From contig CP178758.1 of NCBI GenBank assembly GCA_047651235.1, positions 1,890,001 through 1,922,000 on the forward strand: 32,000 nucleotides of DNA, read 5' to 3'. The notes beneath the pieces are model-generated. The model saw only the letters and a program-made list of their open reading frames with translations, did no database searches and was not told the origin of the DNA. Below, piece by piece: positions 8,373-19,133 of the stretch. The stretch is from Candidatus Electrothrix yaqonensis. Lineage in GTDB: Bacteria > Desulfobacterota > Desulfobulbia > Desulfobulbales > Desulfobulbaceae. The first letter of the stretch is position 1, and each line of letters opens with the position of its first letter. A program made the translations under genes and the position numbers.

Positions 8373-8480
8373 CTATGGACTGAAAGTCCATAGAATGAAA
8401 GGCGACTGAAAGTCGCTATTTCGGCTAAAGCCGATTAAAACCGCTGACTCAAGTCAGTGTGTAACGACTGAAAGTCGTTA
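8373..8480. repeat. Array of five adjacent REP-like hairpins next to the IS200-type tnpA remnant
   Basis: CTATGGAC-TGAAA-GTCCATAG (8373-8393), GCGAC-TGAAA-GTCGC (8402-8416), TCGGC-TAAA-GCCGA (8421-8434), CTGAC-TCAA-GTCAG (8444-8457), TAACGAC-TGAAA-GTCGTTA (8462-8480). The shared core is GAC-TGAAA-GTC. The last hairpin overlaps the tnpA stop codon. Confidence 0.7.
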
Positions 8481-8717
8481 TTCTATTTTAAAATCGTCAT
8501 TATTATGATTTGGGTCATTTCTGTGATTTTCAATATAATTCCGTATCATTTCATCAGTAACGTGTCCGGAACTCAAAGCAACGCAGCCAATACCCCAAAA
8601 ATGTTTTCCCCAGTATCTTCTGGACAGTTGAGGAAATTCTTCCTGAATCTTTTTTGAAGAGCGACCCTTGAAAAATCGCACCATTTCACTCACGGATATT
8701 TTGGGAGGATATGACAC
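8478..8717 (-). pseudogene. C-terminal half of an IS200/IS605-family TnpA (Y1 HUH transposase); N-terminal HUH part missing
   Basis: ..SYPPKISVSEMVRFFKGRSSKKIQEEFPQLSRRYWGKHFWGIG..EMIRNYIENH parallels IS200/IS608 TnpA (..PPK.SVS...LKGKSS........W...F.....E.VK.YIENQ). The reading frame is cut at about 8718 by the left terminal repeat of the IS701-like element. Confidence 0.8.
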
Positions 8718-8718
8718 A

Positions 8719-9897
8719 TAGTTCTACTTTGTCAACCATAACCTTTTGATCTATTTGTAAAAACTTCTTGCAATATCCGGATAAAGTTGTATCTTTCATT
8801 AGGAAAATTTTATCGCTTTTTGATCAAGATAGCACCTGATAACAGCTATCAAAAAAATACCCGTCAATCGCCCTGATTATAACTTTATTCTTTTTATGAA
8901 CGCTCCCAGCCCCGAAAAAAGAAGTCCCCATGACAAATTCTTTGAGTTGACCGGCATCGCCCGGCAACTTACGTCTTTTCACGAAAGATATCATCTCTTT
9001 TTTAAGAGACATACAGTAAGTTTGTCAGATAAAGCATTCCAATACTTGAAAGGTTTATTCCAGTCTGACAAAAAAACATGGAACGTATGGAGGAAAAGGT
9101 TCCGGGCGTTAAATATGAGCCCCTCCAGTATTTTCTTTCCGACTCGAACTGGGATTGGCGTCCTGTAAACAACCACGTAGCTAAAGATGCGGATAACATT
9201 TTTGGAGGAAAGGAAGATAGCGCTCTTTTAATTGATGAATCCGGGATACCCAAAAAGGGTAAAATGTCTGTTGGGGTTTCTCGTCAATGGTGCGGGCAGC
9301 TTGGTAAAACCGACAACTGTCAAGTAGTTCTACTTTGGCGATCATAAACATAACTAGCTTATTTTTATTAAGTATTTAAAAACCCCTGTTTTTAGTATTA
9401 TTAATATTATTAAATAGTTAATGGTATGGTCACCAAAGTAGAATTAGTTGTCAGACGTGAGGTTAAGTCCCCGAAAAAAATTAAATATAGCCTAAGTAAT
9501 GCGGAAAGTAACACGTCAACAAGACGACTTGCATATATGCAAGCTCAACGATATTGGGTTGAACGGCCATTTCAGGATGCAAAAAATGAATGTGGAATGG
9601 GTGATTATCAGGCTCGGGGATGGCTGGCTTGGCATCATCATATGACTATGGTCATGATGGCCATGTTGTTTATGGTCGAGCAACGATTATACCATCAAGT
9701 CGGTGTCCCGTTATTGAGTTGCGCTGATATAACAACATTACTCAAGTCAATTTTCCACGTCGAGATGTAAACGAAGATGAAGTTATAAGACAGCTTTGTC
9801 AACGGCATGAAAAGAGGCAAGCTTCGATTGATTTCGCATATGAGAAACAACGGAATTGCAAATTATTACCACAGCCTTTGTGAGTGCCAAAGTAGAA

Positions 9898-9899
<2 letters not shown>
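8719..9899 (+). mobile_element. Degenerate IS701-family insertion sequence (transposase with at least 2 frameshifts and an internal deletion)
   Basis: Terminal inverted repeats TAGTTCTACTTTG (8720-8732) and CAAAGTAGAACTA (9886-9898). N-terminal transposase pieces: ..QYLKGLFQSDKK, a frame change at the A7 run 9070-9076, then MERMEEKVPGVKYEPLQYFLSDSNWDW..LLIDESGIPKKGKMSVGVSRQWCGQLGKTDNCQV. C-terminal piece: KYSLSNAESNTS..RYWVERPFQDAKNECGMGDYQARGWLAWHHHMT. Another frame change occurs at about 9770. The second-Asp region of the DDE core is missing. Confidence 0.75.
9322..9450. repeat. Nested second pair of the same IS terminal repeats flanking an AT-rich ~97-bp core (MITE-like) inside the IS
   Basis: GTAGTTCTACTTTGGC (9322-9337) and CCAAAGTAGAATTAG (9434-9448) are oriented like the outer left and right ends. 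Transposase similarity stops exactly at the inner left copy and resumes exactly after the inner right copy. Confidence 0.5.
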
Positions 9900-11142
<1,243 letters not shown>

Positions 11143-11308
11143 TCAATAAAAAAGATTTTCTTGTTCTTCGCCCGCCGGTCTGATATATCAGTATCTTCGG
11201 AATGTCACGCGCTGCTCTGGCTGTCCTGCCGGACAGCGTGCATGCCGGGACAGCAGCCGTACTGCAGCTGAATGGGAATTTTTACCTGATGTTGAGGAGG
11301 TCTTAACC

Positions 11309-12529
11309 GTGTCGGAAACACAACTGTCGCCTGAAGCCTATACCCGACGATTAGTCGCCCAGAAGGAAAAGTTTGCTCAGCTGCTCACGGCGGCAATGGA
11401 AAAAAACGAGGAAAGCAAACGGGAACAGCTGCAGCTTATCGTGGTTTCCCTGACCGAGGCGCTGACCTTTATCCGGCAGAGCTATCAGCATGAGATGACC
11501 TGCCGCAAGGGAGCGCTGGCCGCTCTCGGCAAACTACGCAAGGCCCTGGATAATGCCTCGTATACCTCAGCTGCCCAGGCACTGCGCGCCAAAGGCAATA
11601 CTGGGGAAGCAGAAAAGATTTTTGATAAAATTATAGGTAAAGGCGGCAGGATCGGTGCTTTTGCCTCCTTTCAGAGCGGCCAGCTGGCAGAATGCCGTAT
11701 GGATCTCAGCAGAGCGGCGGTCCGGTTTGACAAAGCTGTTGAGCTGGATAAAGTTAATCCTCATTATCTGAAGGCTTCCGGTCTGCTGGCCCGGAAAATG
11801 TACCAGCATAAAAAATCGCTGCTCCGTTTGACAACCTTGGAAAAACTGCTGGTCAGACAGGGCAAAGACACGGTTGAACTGGCCCTGGCCCGAAGGGAAC
11901 TGGCCTACAGTGCCGCACTTGCCGGTCAGCACAAACCGGCCGGTGCCTATTATAAGAAGGCAATGGCCAGTCTGGCAAAATTACGCGGCCCAAAGGATCC
12001 GGAAATGGGCATCTGCTGGTTTCAGATCGGCCTGCTCAAGGAGAGCCTAGGGCAGTACGAAGAAGCTGAAAAACCGTACAAACAATCCCTTGCCATTATG
12101 AGCAAAACAAATGACCATATTACGCTGGCCGGAATTCTGGACAAACTGGCCAGACTGCACATGGAACTGGAAGACGAACCGGAAGCTATCCCCCTGTTTG
12201 AACATCTGCTGAAAATACGCAGGAACTCTCCGCATCCGGATTTGGCCGGCATTATTATTGTCTACAACAATCTTGGCGAGGCATACAGAATCTGCGGCAA
12301 GTACGATCTGTCAGAAAGAGCCTATACCTTTGCTTTAAAAGCGACGCAGAAATTACGCGGCAAGGATCATCCGGCGGTGGGCAGCATCTACCAGGAACTG
12401 GCAAAACTCTGTGAGCGGCAGCGAAAAATGGACGAGGCTAAAAAATACAATAAAATGGCCTCAGCGATCTTTGAACGGATTCTGAAGGAACAGGAGGCCG
12501 CCGGAGAGGAGGAACGGCTGACGTTGTAA
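11309..12529 (+). CDS. Tetratricopeptide-repeat (TPR) protein
   Basis: Repeated 34-aa TPR-like units in the C-terminal half (e.g. IIVYNNLGEAYRICGKYDLSERAYTFALK; GSIYQELAKLCERQRKMDEAKKYNKMA). GTG start with GAGGAGG 8 nt upstream. Confidence 0.82.
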   Translation: MSETQLSPEAYTRRLVAQKEKFAQLLTAAMEKNEESKREQLQLIVVSLTEALTFIRQSYQHEMTCRKGALAALGKLRKALDNASYTSAAQALRAKGNTGEAEKIFDKIIGKGGRIGAFASFQSGQLAECRMDLSRAAVRFDKAVELDKVNPHYLKASGLLARKMYQHKKSLLRLTTLEKLLVRQGKDTVELALARRELAYSAALAGQHKPAGAYYKKAMASLAKLRGPKDPEMGICWFQIGLLKESLGQYEEAEKPYKQSLAIMSKTNDHITLAGILDKLARLHMELEDEPEAIPLFEHLLKIRRNSPHPDLAGIIIVYNNLGEAYRICGKYDLSERAYTFALKATQKLRGKDHPAVGSIYQELAKLCERQRKMDEAKKYNKMASAIFERILKEQEAAGEEERLTL

Positions 12530-12685
12530 CCCTATCTGCAGAACCAATTATTCCTCAAGTCTTTTTTGCCAAGCAACAGGATTCCGCTTCATGTGCATAA
12601 CGGCAACTACAAAAATATAATTTTTTTTCTTTGAGGCGAAGCGATTGACCCTGAGATAGCTCTGCAGCTTCGCTAAAAGCCGAGG

Positions 12686-13288
12686 CTACCTCCGATACCT
12701 GAACCCCCGTCCCAGAACAAATACCTCCCGGCTTTCGTTGCGGGAACTCTGCGGTTTGACCATCTTGACCGTGGCAAAAATTTGCCTGCATTCCTGCTGG
12801 AATTCCGGAAAATCGTCCCCCTGAAAGACCTTGCAGTAGAAGCTGCCGTTCTCGTGCAGCAGGAGCCCGGCGATCTCCAGAGCCCGGCGGCACAGGCGCA
12901 GGGACTGCTGATGATCGGCAAACTGATTGCCCGTAGTCCTCGGCGCCATATCGCTGAGTAGGACATGAAAGCCGGGCCAGTGTCTGCGCAGCTCGGTAAT
13001 CAGTTCATCTGCGTAGACATCATAACAGAGCCAGCGGATCTCAGCATGATCTGCCGGTGTCGGAATATCAGTGTGCTGGAGGTCAACACCTGCAACAGCC
13101 CCTCTGGCACCGACAACCTTGGCTGCATACAGACTCCAGCTGCCCGGATGGCAGCCCAAGTCCAGGACCCGCTGTTTTTTTTTGAGAAAGTTGTATTTCT
13201 GCTGCGCCTCTTCCAGCTTGTAGACAGACCGGGCCGGATAATTTTCCTTTTTGGCTTTGTGAAAATAAAAATCCTGTTCTTTGCGCAT
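12686..13288 (-). CDS. rlmE: 23S rRNA (uridine2552-2'-O)-methyltransferase RlmE/FtsJ
   Basis: ARSVYKLEEA, SAM-binding VLDLGCHPGSWS, LLSDMAP, GSFYCKVFQG, KPQSSRNESREVFVL. The gene starts 25 nt after the upstream gene, which suggests an operon. Confidence 0.92.
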   Translation of the reverse strand: MRKEQDFYFHKAKKENYPARSVYKLEEAQQKYNFLKKKQRVLDLGCHPGSWSLYAAKVVGARGAVAGVDLQHTDIPTPADHAEIRWLCYDVYADELITELRRHWPGFHVLLSDMAPRTTGNQFADHQQSLRLCRRALEIAGLLLHENGSFYCKVFQGDDFPEFQQECRQIFATVKMVKPQSSRNESREVFVLGRGFRYRR

Positions 13289-13313
13289 GTTGATTCAGGG
13301 TTGCGGTTTCAGG

Positions 13314-14828
13314 TTATTTTTCTGCGTGCCGGGTCAGTTTTTCCGCTGCCGCAGCAGCTAGGGCCAGTCCCTCGGCACGGCTGCTGATGCGGTGTTCCAT
13401 ATGTGCCTCCTCTACCCGGTCAAGGACTTTGCGGAACAGCGGGCCGGGTGTCAGGTGCAGTTCGTTGATCAGGTCATTACCCGTGATGAGCGGCGGCGCT
13501 GTCCGGACTGGGGCTATATGTTCCTGCTCTACCTGTAATAACCTGCTGAATAATCCGGCCACCTCCTGCTCAATGGCCTCCGGACTGGCCTCGCCTTTTC
13601 CGGCCAAGGCATCAGACATGGCCAGCAGGAATAGGCCGGGCAGATGGTTGCCAATTTTTCTGACCAAGCGCAGACATGCCTTAAGGGTCAGCTTGCCCTG
13701 TCGCTGATTATTGGCCAGAAAAAACGGCCGCATGTGCAGGGCAATTAGCCGGGCGATCAACGCACTGTCTTCTTTGGCCCAGCGCAGCCGTCGAGCGATG
13801 TCGTTCAGAATATCTGCCCCACGCAGGTCATGATTATAAAAGGTAATCCGACCGCCTTTATTTTCATTGATACCATAGGTCGTGGGCTTGCCCACATCGT
13901 GCAGCAGAGCGGCCCATTTCAGCTGCACCTGCCGTTTTCTGGAACGCAGATACTCTGTCATCACCGCTTGGGGTTCAGGAAAATAACGGCCAGGATCTGC
14001 TATACTTATCTCCATCTGGTGCAGGGCTTCCAAACAATGCTCGAATACATCCAGATGATGACTGGCTGGCTGGTCCATTCCGACCCCGGCCCGGAGTTCC
14101 GGCAGGATCTCCCAGAGCAGGCCGCATTGCCGTATTTCGCTGAAAGCCTGATGCGCTCCAAGCGAGGCCATGATCAGGTCAAGCTCATAGGCCACCCGTT
14201 CCCTGGCAACCCGGCCAATTTTTTCCCGCTGCTGCTGAATCTGTTCCAATGTGTCCGGCTCAATGCTGAAATCAAGTACAGCGGCAAAACGAAACACCCG
14301 CAGCATCCGAAGCGGATCATCCGGGAAGCTCTTCGGAGAAACAACCCGTACTCTTCGCTGCGCCAGATCAGCACAGCCGCCGACAGCGTCAATAACCGGC
14401 AGTCGATCCTGCCCGCCATCGCGACCGGTGAGCAAGGTATGAATGGGGACAGCCAGGGCATTGACGGTAATATCTCGTTTCTGCAGGTCTTCCGTAATGG
14501 ATTGAGCACCGGCCCGGAACGAAGAAAAATCCACATCCAGCCCCTGGCGGAGTACCACCCGTGCTGCATCTTCCTCCCGACCCAGCTCCACATAGGTGCC
14601 GCCGGTGAGATCGCGCAGCAGCCGCGCCCAGTCCTCAGCCTGCCGGGGAACGGTCAGGTCAAGGTCGCCGGTGGCACGGCCCAGAAGCAGATCCCGCACC
14701 GTGCCACCGACCAAATAGACTGCGCCGCCGAACTCCCGCTGTACAGCTGCCAGTTGCGGCAGCAGATCATCCGGAAACAGGGAGGTTACCGCAGCAGCGG
14801 AAAGGGTATTGTCGTTTTTTTGCTCCAT
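13314..14828 (-). CDS. tRNA nucleotidyltransferase / poly(A) polymerase family enzyme with HD domain (CCA-adding-type)
   Basis: VGGTVRDLLLGR, GDLDLTV, RDITVNALA and the HD motif LLHDVGKP. At 504 aa it is longer than E. coli Cca. Specificity (CCA versus A-adding) cannot be read from sequence. Confidence 0.88.
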   Translation of the reverse strand: MEQKNDNTLSAAAVTSLFPDDLLPQLAAVQREFGGAVYLVGGTVRDLLLGRATGDLDLTVPRQAEDWARLLRDLTGGTYVELGREEDAARVVLRQGLDVDFSSFRAGAQSITEDLQKRDITVNALAVPIHTLLTGRDGGQDRLPVIDAVGGCADLAQRRVRVVSPKSFPDDPLRMLRVFRFAAVLDFSIEPDTLEQIQQQREKIGRVARERVAYELDLIMASLGAHQAFSEIRQCGLLWEILPELRAGVGMDQPASHHLDVFEHCLEALHQMEISIADPGRYFPEPQAVMTEYLRSRKRQVQLKWAALLHDVGKPTTYGINENKGGRITFYNHDLRGADILNDIARRLRWAKEDSALIARLIALHMRPFFLANNQRQGKLTLKACLRLVRKIGNHLPGLFLLAMSDALAGKGEASPEAIEQEVAGLFSRLLQVEQEHIAPVRTAPPLITGNDLINELHLTPGPLFRKVLDRVEEAHMEHRISSRAEGLALAAAAAEKLTRHAEK

Positions 14829-15020
14829 AACGCACCACTATACCAGCATATAAATACAATTTCCTGTTATTTCTGGTTGTCCTGCATTGAGGTGATTACT
14901 TTTCAGTTCAGGGCTGATGATGTATGGGATGGCGAAATGATCGGTCGGGTTACGTAGCCATGTCTGAAAACAGCTCTCAAACTGAGAGAGAGGAGGTGGA
15001 AACTTACGTATAATTATGTG

Positions 15021-15060
15021 GAAAAGAAAAACCGGGTCACGCGTAAAGCACGCACCCGGT
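15021..15060 (-). terminator. Possible intrinsic terminator on the minus strand
   Basis: ACCGGGT...ACCCGGT GC-rich stem (15031-15060), followed on the minus strand by TTTTTCTTTTC (complement of 15021-15030). It lies about 215 nt downstream of the small secreted-protein gene. Confidence 0.4.
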
Positions 15061-15276
15061 GGAAAAATTCACCTTGGCTCCGTTGTTCCGGATGTTAAGG
15101 AATGAGGATTTAATAACTGGTACGTTTGCCTGATCGAGATGCACATGATGACGGGCATCGCTTCCACGAAATGCGGCAGTTATTTAATTCCCGTTCCTAA
15201 GTCACTTTCCCTTCAGTACAGTAAGGGCAGGGTAAGAGCTGCAATCAGTAGGATGCCGAGTAATATTATCATCGGA

Positions 15277-15585
15277 TCAGCAGTTCGGGAAGTTGCTGTT
15301 TCCTTCAGAGCAGGTCTCTCTGTTCAGTATTGATTTGACAATTTCAATCCTCCTGTTTCTTTCGGCAGTCTCTTTCTTCACGACTTCACCGCTTGTTGCC
15401 ATCATTTTCTGCTGCATTTCGGTCTGATCGGGAAAGACTTCCAGTACAACACCGGTTCCCTTTTTCTCCATTGTCTGATCCGTAAGATTCCGTGTCTCAT
15501 CGCCAGATGTCTCCGCTGATACTGCACCGGCGGCAAGAAAAATGCCTGCTGCCATAGTCACGATAATATTTCTTCCTGTTTTCAT
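15277..15585 (-). CDS. Small secreted protein (102 aa), unknown function
   Basis: Internal ATG at 15585 preceded by AGGAG. Signal-peptide-like MKTGRNIIVTMAAGIFLAAGAVSA. Charged body, with two Cys near the C-terminus (ETCSEGNSNFPNC). Confidence 0.6.
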   Translation of the reverse strand: MKTGRNIIVTMAAGIFLAAGAVSAETSGDETRNLTDQTMEKKGTGVVLEVFPDQTEMQQKMMATSGEVVKKETAERNRRIEIVKSILNRETCSEGNSNFPNC

Positions 15586-15842
15586 TTTGTTACTCCTTCT
15601 GTTGTATGGATTACGGTGAAACTCCTTTTTTGTCGTTATTTGCACCTTAATGTAACAGAGAAAGATGAACGGAAGATTAAAAAGAAATTAACAGAAGATT
15701 AACATGCGTTTTTTTTTGGTAAAAATGCCCGCCCAAGTATCACAGGGCAAAATCAAACCGCACAACGGCGGGGCTGAAGAGGAATCATGCAGGTACGAAC
15801 CTTGGCTTTACATGATTTTGCTTTCTCTGTCTGTATAAACAG

Positions 15843-16634
15843 TTAATTACAATAGGCAGCAGGCATCTGCCGATTTCCGGTAAGAAAATGCCATGAATGA
15901 ATGTCGCGCTGCAGCAAATAGCCGGAATATCTGCAGAGGACATGCAGGCATTCTGAGGCGACCTGCACAGGCATGTGCAGCTGTTTGAGCTTCTCCGGCT
16001 TCATGTTCATGTTCTGAGCTGTCTGCAGGAACCTGAGACTCTGCAGAGAAAGGGTGAAACAGGAAGAGGATGTCCTGCTGCACCGGCTGCAGAGGATAGT
16101 GCCGTTATTGGGCTGCAGGGTAAAATGCTGCCGCGCTGTGCCGGGAGTGCATCGACAGACCGCACACTGGGTCAGCTCAGGGCGGTAGCCGCAGATACCG
16201 AGCAGCCGGAGGTGAAATAGGGCAACAGAGGGCAGAGGAGAGGTTCCCTGATGGACAGATTCTAGGAGCCGGAGCAGCAGGGAAAAAATCTGCGGATCAG
16301 GATCATGTTCGCCGGTAAACCGGATGACCAGTTCACCGGCAAGCATTGCTGCTCCGTACCGCTGCCAGTCCGTTCTCAGGGAAAGAAAGGCGTTCTCCAG
16401 TTCCGCCCCGCTGAGAAAGTGCAGCCCGCCATTTTTTCCCGGACGGTAGCTGATATCCAAGAGAGAAAACTCTTCCAGTTTATTGACAAACCGTTTTCTG
16501 GAACGTTTTGCCCCCTTGGCAACAGCAGCCGCACGCCCGAAATCCGGGCTGTACAGGGTGATAATCCTGTCCGATTCGCCGAAATCAGCCGTTTTGAGGA
16601 TAATGGCTCTGGTCCGGCAGTAAAGGGAGGACAC
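15843..16634 (-). CDS. recO: DNA repair protein RecO
   Basis: N-terminal OB-fold signature RAIILKTADFGESDRIITLYSPDFGRAAAVAKGAKRSRKRF. C-terminal zinc motif CAVC..CSRC. It begins 5 nt after the upstream gene. Confidence 0.9.
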   Translation of the reverse strand: MSSLYCRTRAIILKTADFGESDRIITLYSPDFGRAAAVAKGAKRSRKRFVNKLEEFSLLDISYRPGKNGGLHFLSGAELENAFLSLRTDWQRYGAAMLAGELVIRFTGEHDPDPQIFSLLLRLLESVHQGTSPLPSVALFHLRLLGICGYRPELTQCAVCRCTPGTARQHFTLQPNNGTILCSRCSRTSSSCFTLSLQSLRFLQTAQNMNMKPEKLKQLHMPVQVASECLHVLCRYSGYLLQRDIHSWHFLTGNRQMPAAYCN

Positions 16635-16639
16635 AACAG

Positions 16640-17350
16640 TTAATCAGTATCCGTACTTTGTTGTTCTGCTGCAGTATCTGCAGTATCTTCTTCGGATTGC
16701 TGCTGCGATGTTGAAACCTCCACACGGAATTCCGGTAATGGTAACGTATTCGCTGCAGATATTTCCTGATTTTCTGATTCCCGGCTTCCGGTAGCAGCCT
16801 GCTCTACTGTCTGCTCAACAACAGGAGGCGAATCTGACGCTTCCTTCTCCTGAAGAAAATAGGAAAAAGGATTCCACCCGGTGTACCAGCAGAAACCGAC
16901 GAGAAAGGCTATAATAATCAGCAGCAGGGAAGCCCCCCAAGTTGCGGAAGAAACATACGAAGGTTCGGCAAGTTGTCTGGCTGACAGCTCATGCGGATTG
17001 ACCCCGTTTTTTGCTCTGCCGGTTGAATGCAGCAGATCACGCTCTTCAAAAAAGAGCCGTGCAGTCTCCGGCCCGTCAAGGCCGAGAAAAGCCGCATAAA
17101 TGGCCAGCTGACCGCGGACAAAGGTATCTGCCGGAAGAGCATTATAATTTCCAAGCTCGATGGAAACCAGATTGGACGAGGAGATATTTGTCTCCAGCGA
17201 GATATCCCCGATTGTCAGCCCTTTCTTCTCACGCACCTGACGCAGCATCTTGCCGACAGGCAGCTTGCCGGACTTCTGCTCTTTTTCCGGCTGCTGCTTT
17301 TTCTGTCCCTCATTTTTTTTTTCAGGCTGATTTGTTTCTTGACTGTTCAT
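16640..17350 (-). CDS. RodZ-like HTH membrane protein
   Basis: Lys/Glu-rich N-terminus. HTH LRQVREKKGLTIGDISLETNISSSNLVSIELGNY. One TM (ATWGASLLLIIIAFLVGFCWY). Acidic tail. No recognisable RodZ C-terminal domain. Confidence 0.8.
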   Translation of the reverse strand: MNSQETNQPEKKNEGQKKQQPEKEQKSGKLPVGKMLRQVREKKGLTIGDISLETNISSSNLVSIELGNYNALPADTFVRGQLAIYAAFLGLDGPETARLFFEERDLLHSTGRAKNGVNPHELSARQLAEPSYVSSATWGASLLLIIIAFLVGFCWYTGWNPFSYFLQEKEASDSPPVVEQTVEQAATGSRESENQEISAANTLPLPEFRVEVSTSQQQSEEDTADTAAEQQSTDTD

Positions 17351-17410
17351 GAAAACCGTCTGTTGAAAATGGAATTGGTGGATTTTTTACTGCGGCACGT
17401 AAAAAACAGA

Positions 17411-18412
17411 CTATAATATTTTGATATATGCTTCGCTGCGGATTTTCTTCACCCACGCCTTATACCGCTTCTCGGCTTCCTGTTTATACAGCGTATCGCG
17501 AATTTCCTGTTTTACATCGTCGTAGGGCACCTTGGTTCCAGTTGCCCCTTCTGCCGGGCTTGACAACAGCTTGAAAATCATATATCCGTTAGGACTCTCA
17601 ACAACCGGACTGATCTCTCCGGGCTGCAGGGCTGTAATAGCGTCGCGCATGTAGGGGGCCATTTCATCCTTCTGAAAAAAGCCGATATCACCGCCGTCAG
17701 CAGCTGAAGGGAGTTCGGAATACTGACGGGCAAGTTCTTTGAAATCCTTCCCGTCTTTCAGCAGCGCATACACTGTTTCCACCTTTTCCCGGGCCGTTTT
17801 CCCGCCCGGAGCTGCGTCTTGGCTGCTGCCTCCGGTGCCCCGGACGAAACCGATCTGCAGAAGATAATAACTCGCTGAAGAAGCCTGTTCAACATGTTCA
17901 ACATAATGTTCGGTATAATATTCCCGTATTCTTTCTTCCGGGACAGCAACCTTTGACCGCACCTGATAATTAATCACTTTGGAACTGAGAAGCTGGTCCC
18001 GAAGGGTTTCGCGGTACTGTGCTTCGTCAACGCCTATTTTCCGGAGTTCGGTCTGGAATGCATCCTCGGAGAGGCCGTTGCGTTTCAGTACCTGTTTCTG
18101 CGCATGGTCGAGTTCTGCTTCCGAGACGGAAATATTCATTAAGGCAGCCTGCTGCATGAGCAGCTTTTTCTCGACAAGTTGTTCAATAATATTTTCTCTT
18201 GCCTGCTGCAGAGCCGCATCACGCTGGTCAGGCGGGGCTTCTGCGGCAATCTGCTCAAAAATCGCTTTTCCAGCCCTGTTGACGTCAGACAGCGTGATCA
18301 CATCTTCGTTGACCACGGCAACACTGGAGTCGAGGATTTCGGCTCCTGCCGGTGCAGCAGCCAAACAGCTCAACAGAATCAGACAAAGGGCAGTTGTGTA
18401 AAATTCTCTCAT
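17411..18412 (-). CDS. SurA-like periplasmic peptidyl-prolyl isomerase (one parvulin domain)
   Basis: Start at ATG 18412 gives the signal peptide MREFYTTALCLILLSCLAAAPAGA. The parvulin motif is GGDIGFFQKDEMAPYMRDAITALQPGEISPVVESPNGYMIFKL. Confidence 0.87.
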   Translation of the reverse strand: MREFYTTALCLILLSCLAAAPAGAEILDSSVAVVNEDVITLSDVNRAGKAIFEQIAAEAPPDQRDAALQQARENIIEQLVEKKLLMQQAALMNISVSEAELDHAQKQVLKRNGLSEDAFQTELRKIGVDEAQYRETLRDQLLSSKVINYQVRSKVAVPEERIREYYTEHYVEHVEQASSASYYLLQIGFVRGTGGSSQDAAPGGKTAREKVETVYALLKDGKDFKELARQYSELPSAADGGDIGFFQKDEMAPYMRDAITALQPGEISPVVESPNGYMIFKLLSSPAEGATGTKVPYDDVKQEIRDTLYKQEAEKRYKAWVKKIRSEAYIKIL

Positions 18413-18740
18413 GATATTGTGGAGTTCTCGGAAGGGAGGCCGAAGAATCAACAGATACAGACCGACCGGTCAGGATGCTGTACGTTTTTCACCGAACTTT
18501 ATAGAAGCTGAAATATGACTGCAGGACAGGGCCCCTAACTTTTTTATCCCTCAGAAAAAACATAATTACACAGCGATGAGGATAATTCTATCTCTATTCT
18601 ATAAAGTTACCTTTCTCGGCTCAGGGTAACATCAAAGCAGCATATCCGGGAACCAAGAATATAACATTTAATCATTACACAAAAGCGTGTAAAGGCGCAA
18701 TGCTTTTTCAGATAAGAACAGTAAATATCGTGCTACGTAT

Positions 18741-18847
18741 GCAGATTCCGGTGCGCAGACGGAGGAACAGTTTGTATCTGCAGCTTAATTTGCTGTTTTT
18801 AAATAAATAACCTGCCATGTAAAAGATATGCAAACACCGGAATCTGC
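18741..18847. repeat. 107-bp inverted-repeat element upstream of the triple-PilZ gene
   Basis: GCAGATTCCGGTG (18741-18753) and its perfect reverse complement CACCGGAATCTGC (18835-18847), with an 81-nt AT-rich spacer. Confidence 0.55.
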
Positions 18848-18938
18848 CCTTTCATGAAAAGAAGGCTCGACACGTTGTCCCCGGTTTTCAGGAATTTATT
18901 CTTGCCTGGTTCAATATACTGAACTTCTGTTAAAAAAA

Positions 18939-18967
18939 TTGCACTCTTCTGGTAACTATGCTATAAA
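18939..18967 (+). promoter_or_regulatory. Sigma70-like promoter candidate for the triple-PilZ gene
   Basis: TTGCAC (18939-18944), 17-nt spacer, TATAAA (18962-18967). The spacer and -10 contain TAACTATGCTATA, which recurs at 20370-20382. Confidence 0.45.
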
Positions 18968-19133
18968 TAAGAAACCATCGTATCTGAACTCAGTGTCGGG
19001 AACTGGACCTCTCAGAAGGAATATACAATATATGCTGTTCCTCAGTCGGGCCACCGGCAATGATGTGAGGTCTGACAGACAGCGCAGAGTACGTATCCCT
19101 GCTCTTTTTTAACCCGCAGCTAAGGTTGACACT

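Noticed and set aside
8373-8480. Hairpin array considered as a small CRISPR array
   Set aside because: The units are contiguous palindromes of variable stem sequence, with no unique spacers of regular length. There are only five units, no cas genes, and they sit next to a Y1 transposase remnant.
15216-15272. 18-aa hydrophobic mini-ORF (MIILLGILLIAALTLPLLY) just after the small secreted-protein gene
   Set aside because: No Shine-Dalgarno sequence. It is very short, and such hydrophobic strings arise easily in AT-rich spacers. Noted only as a possibility.
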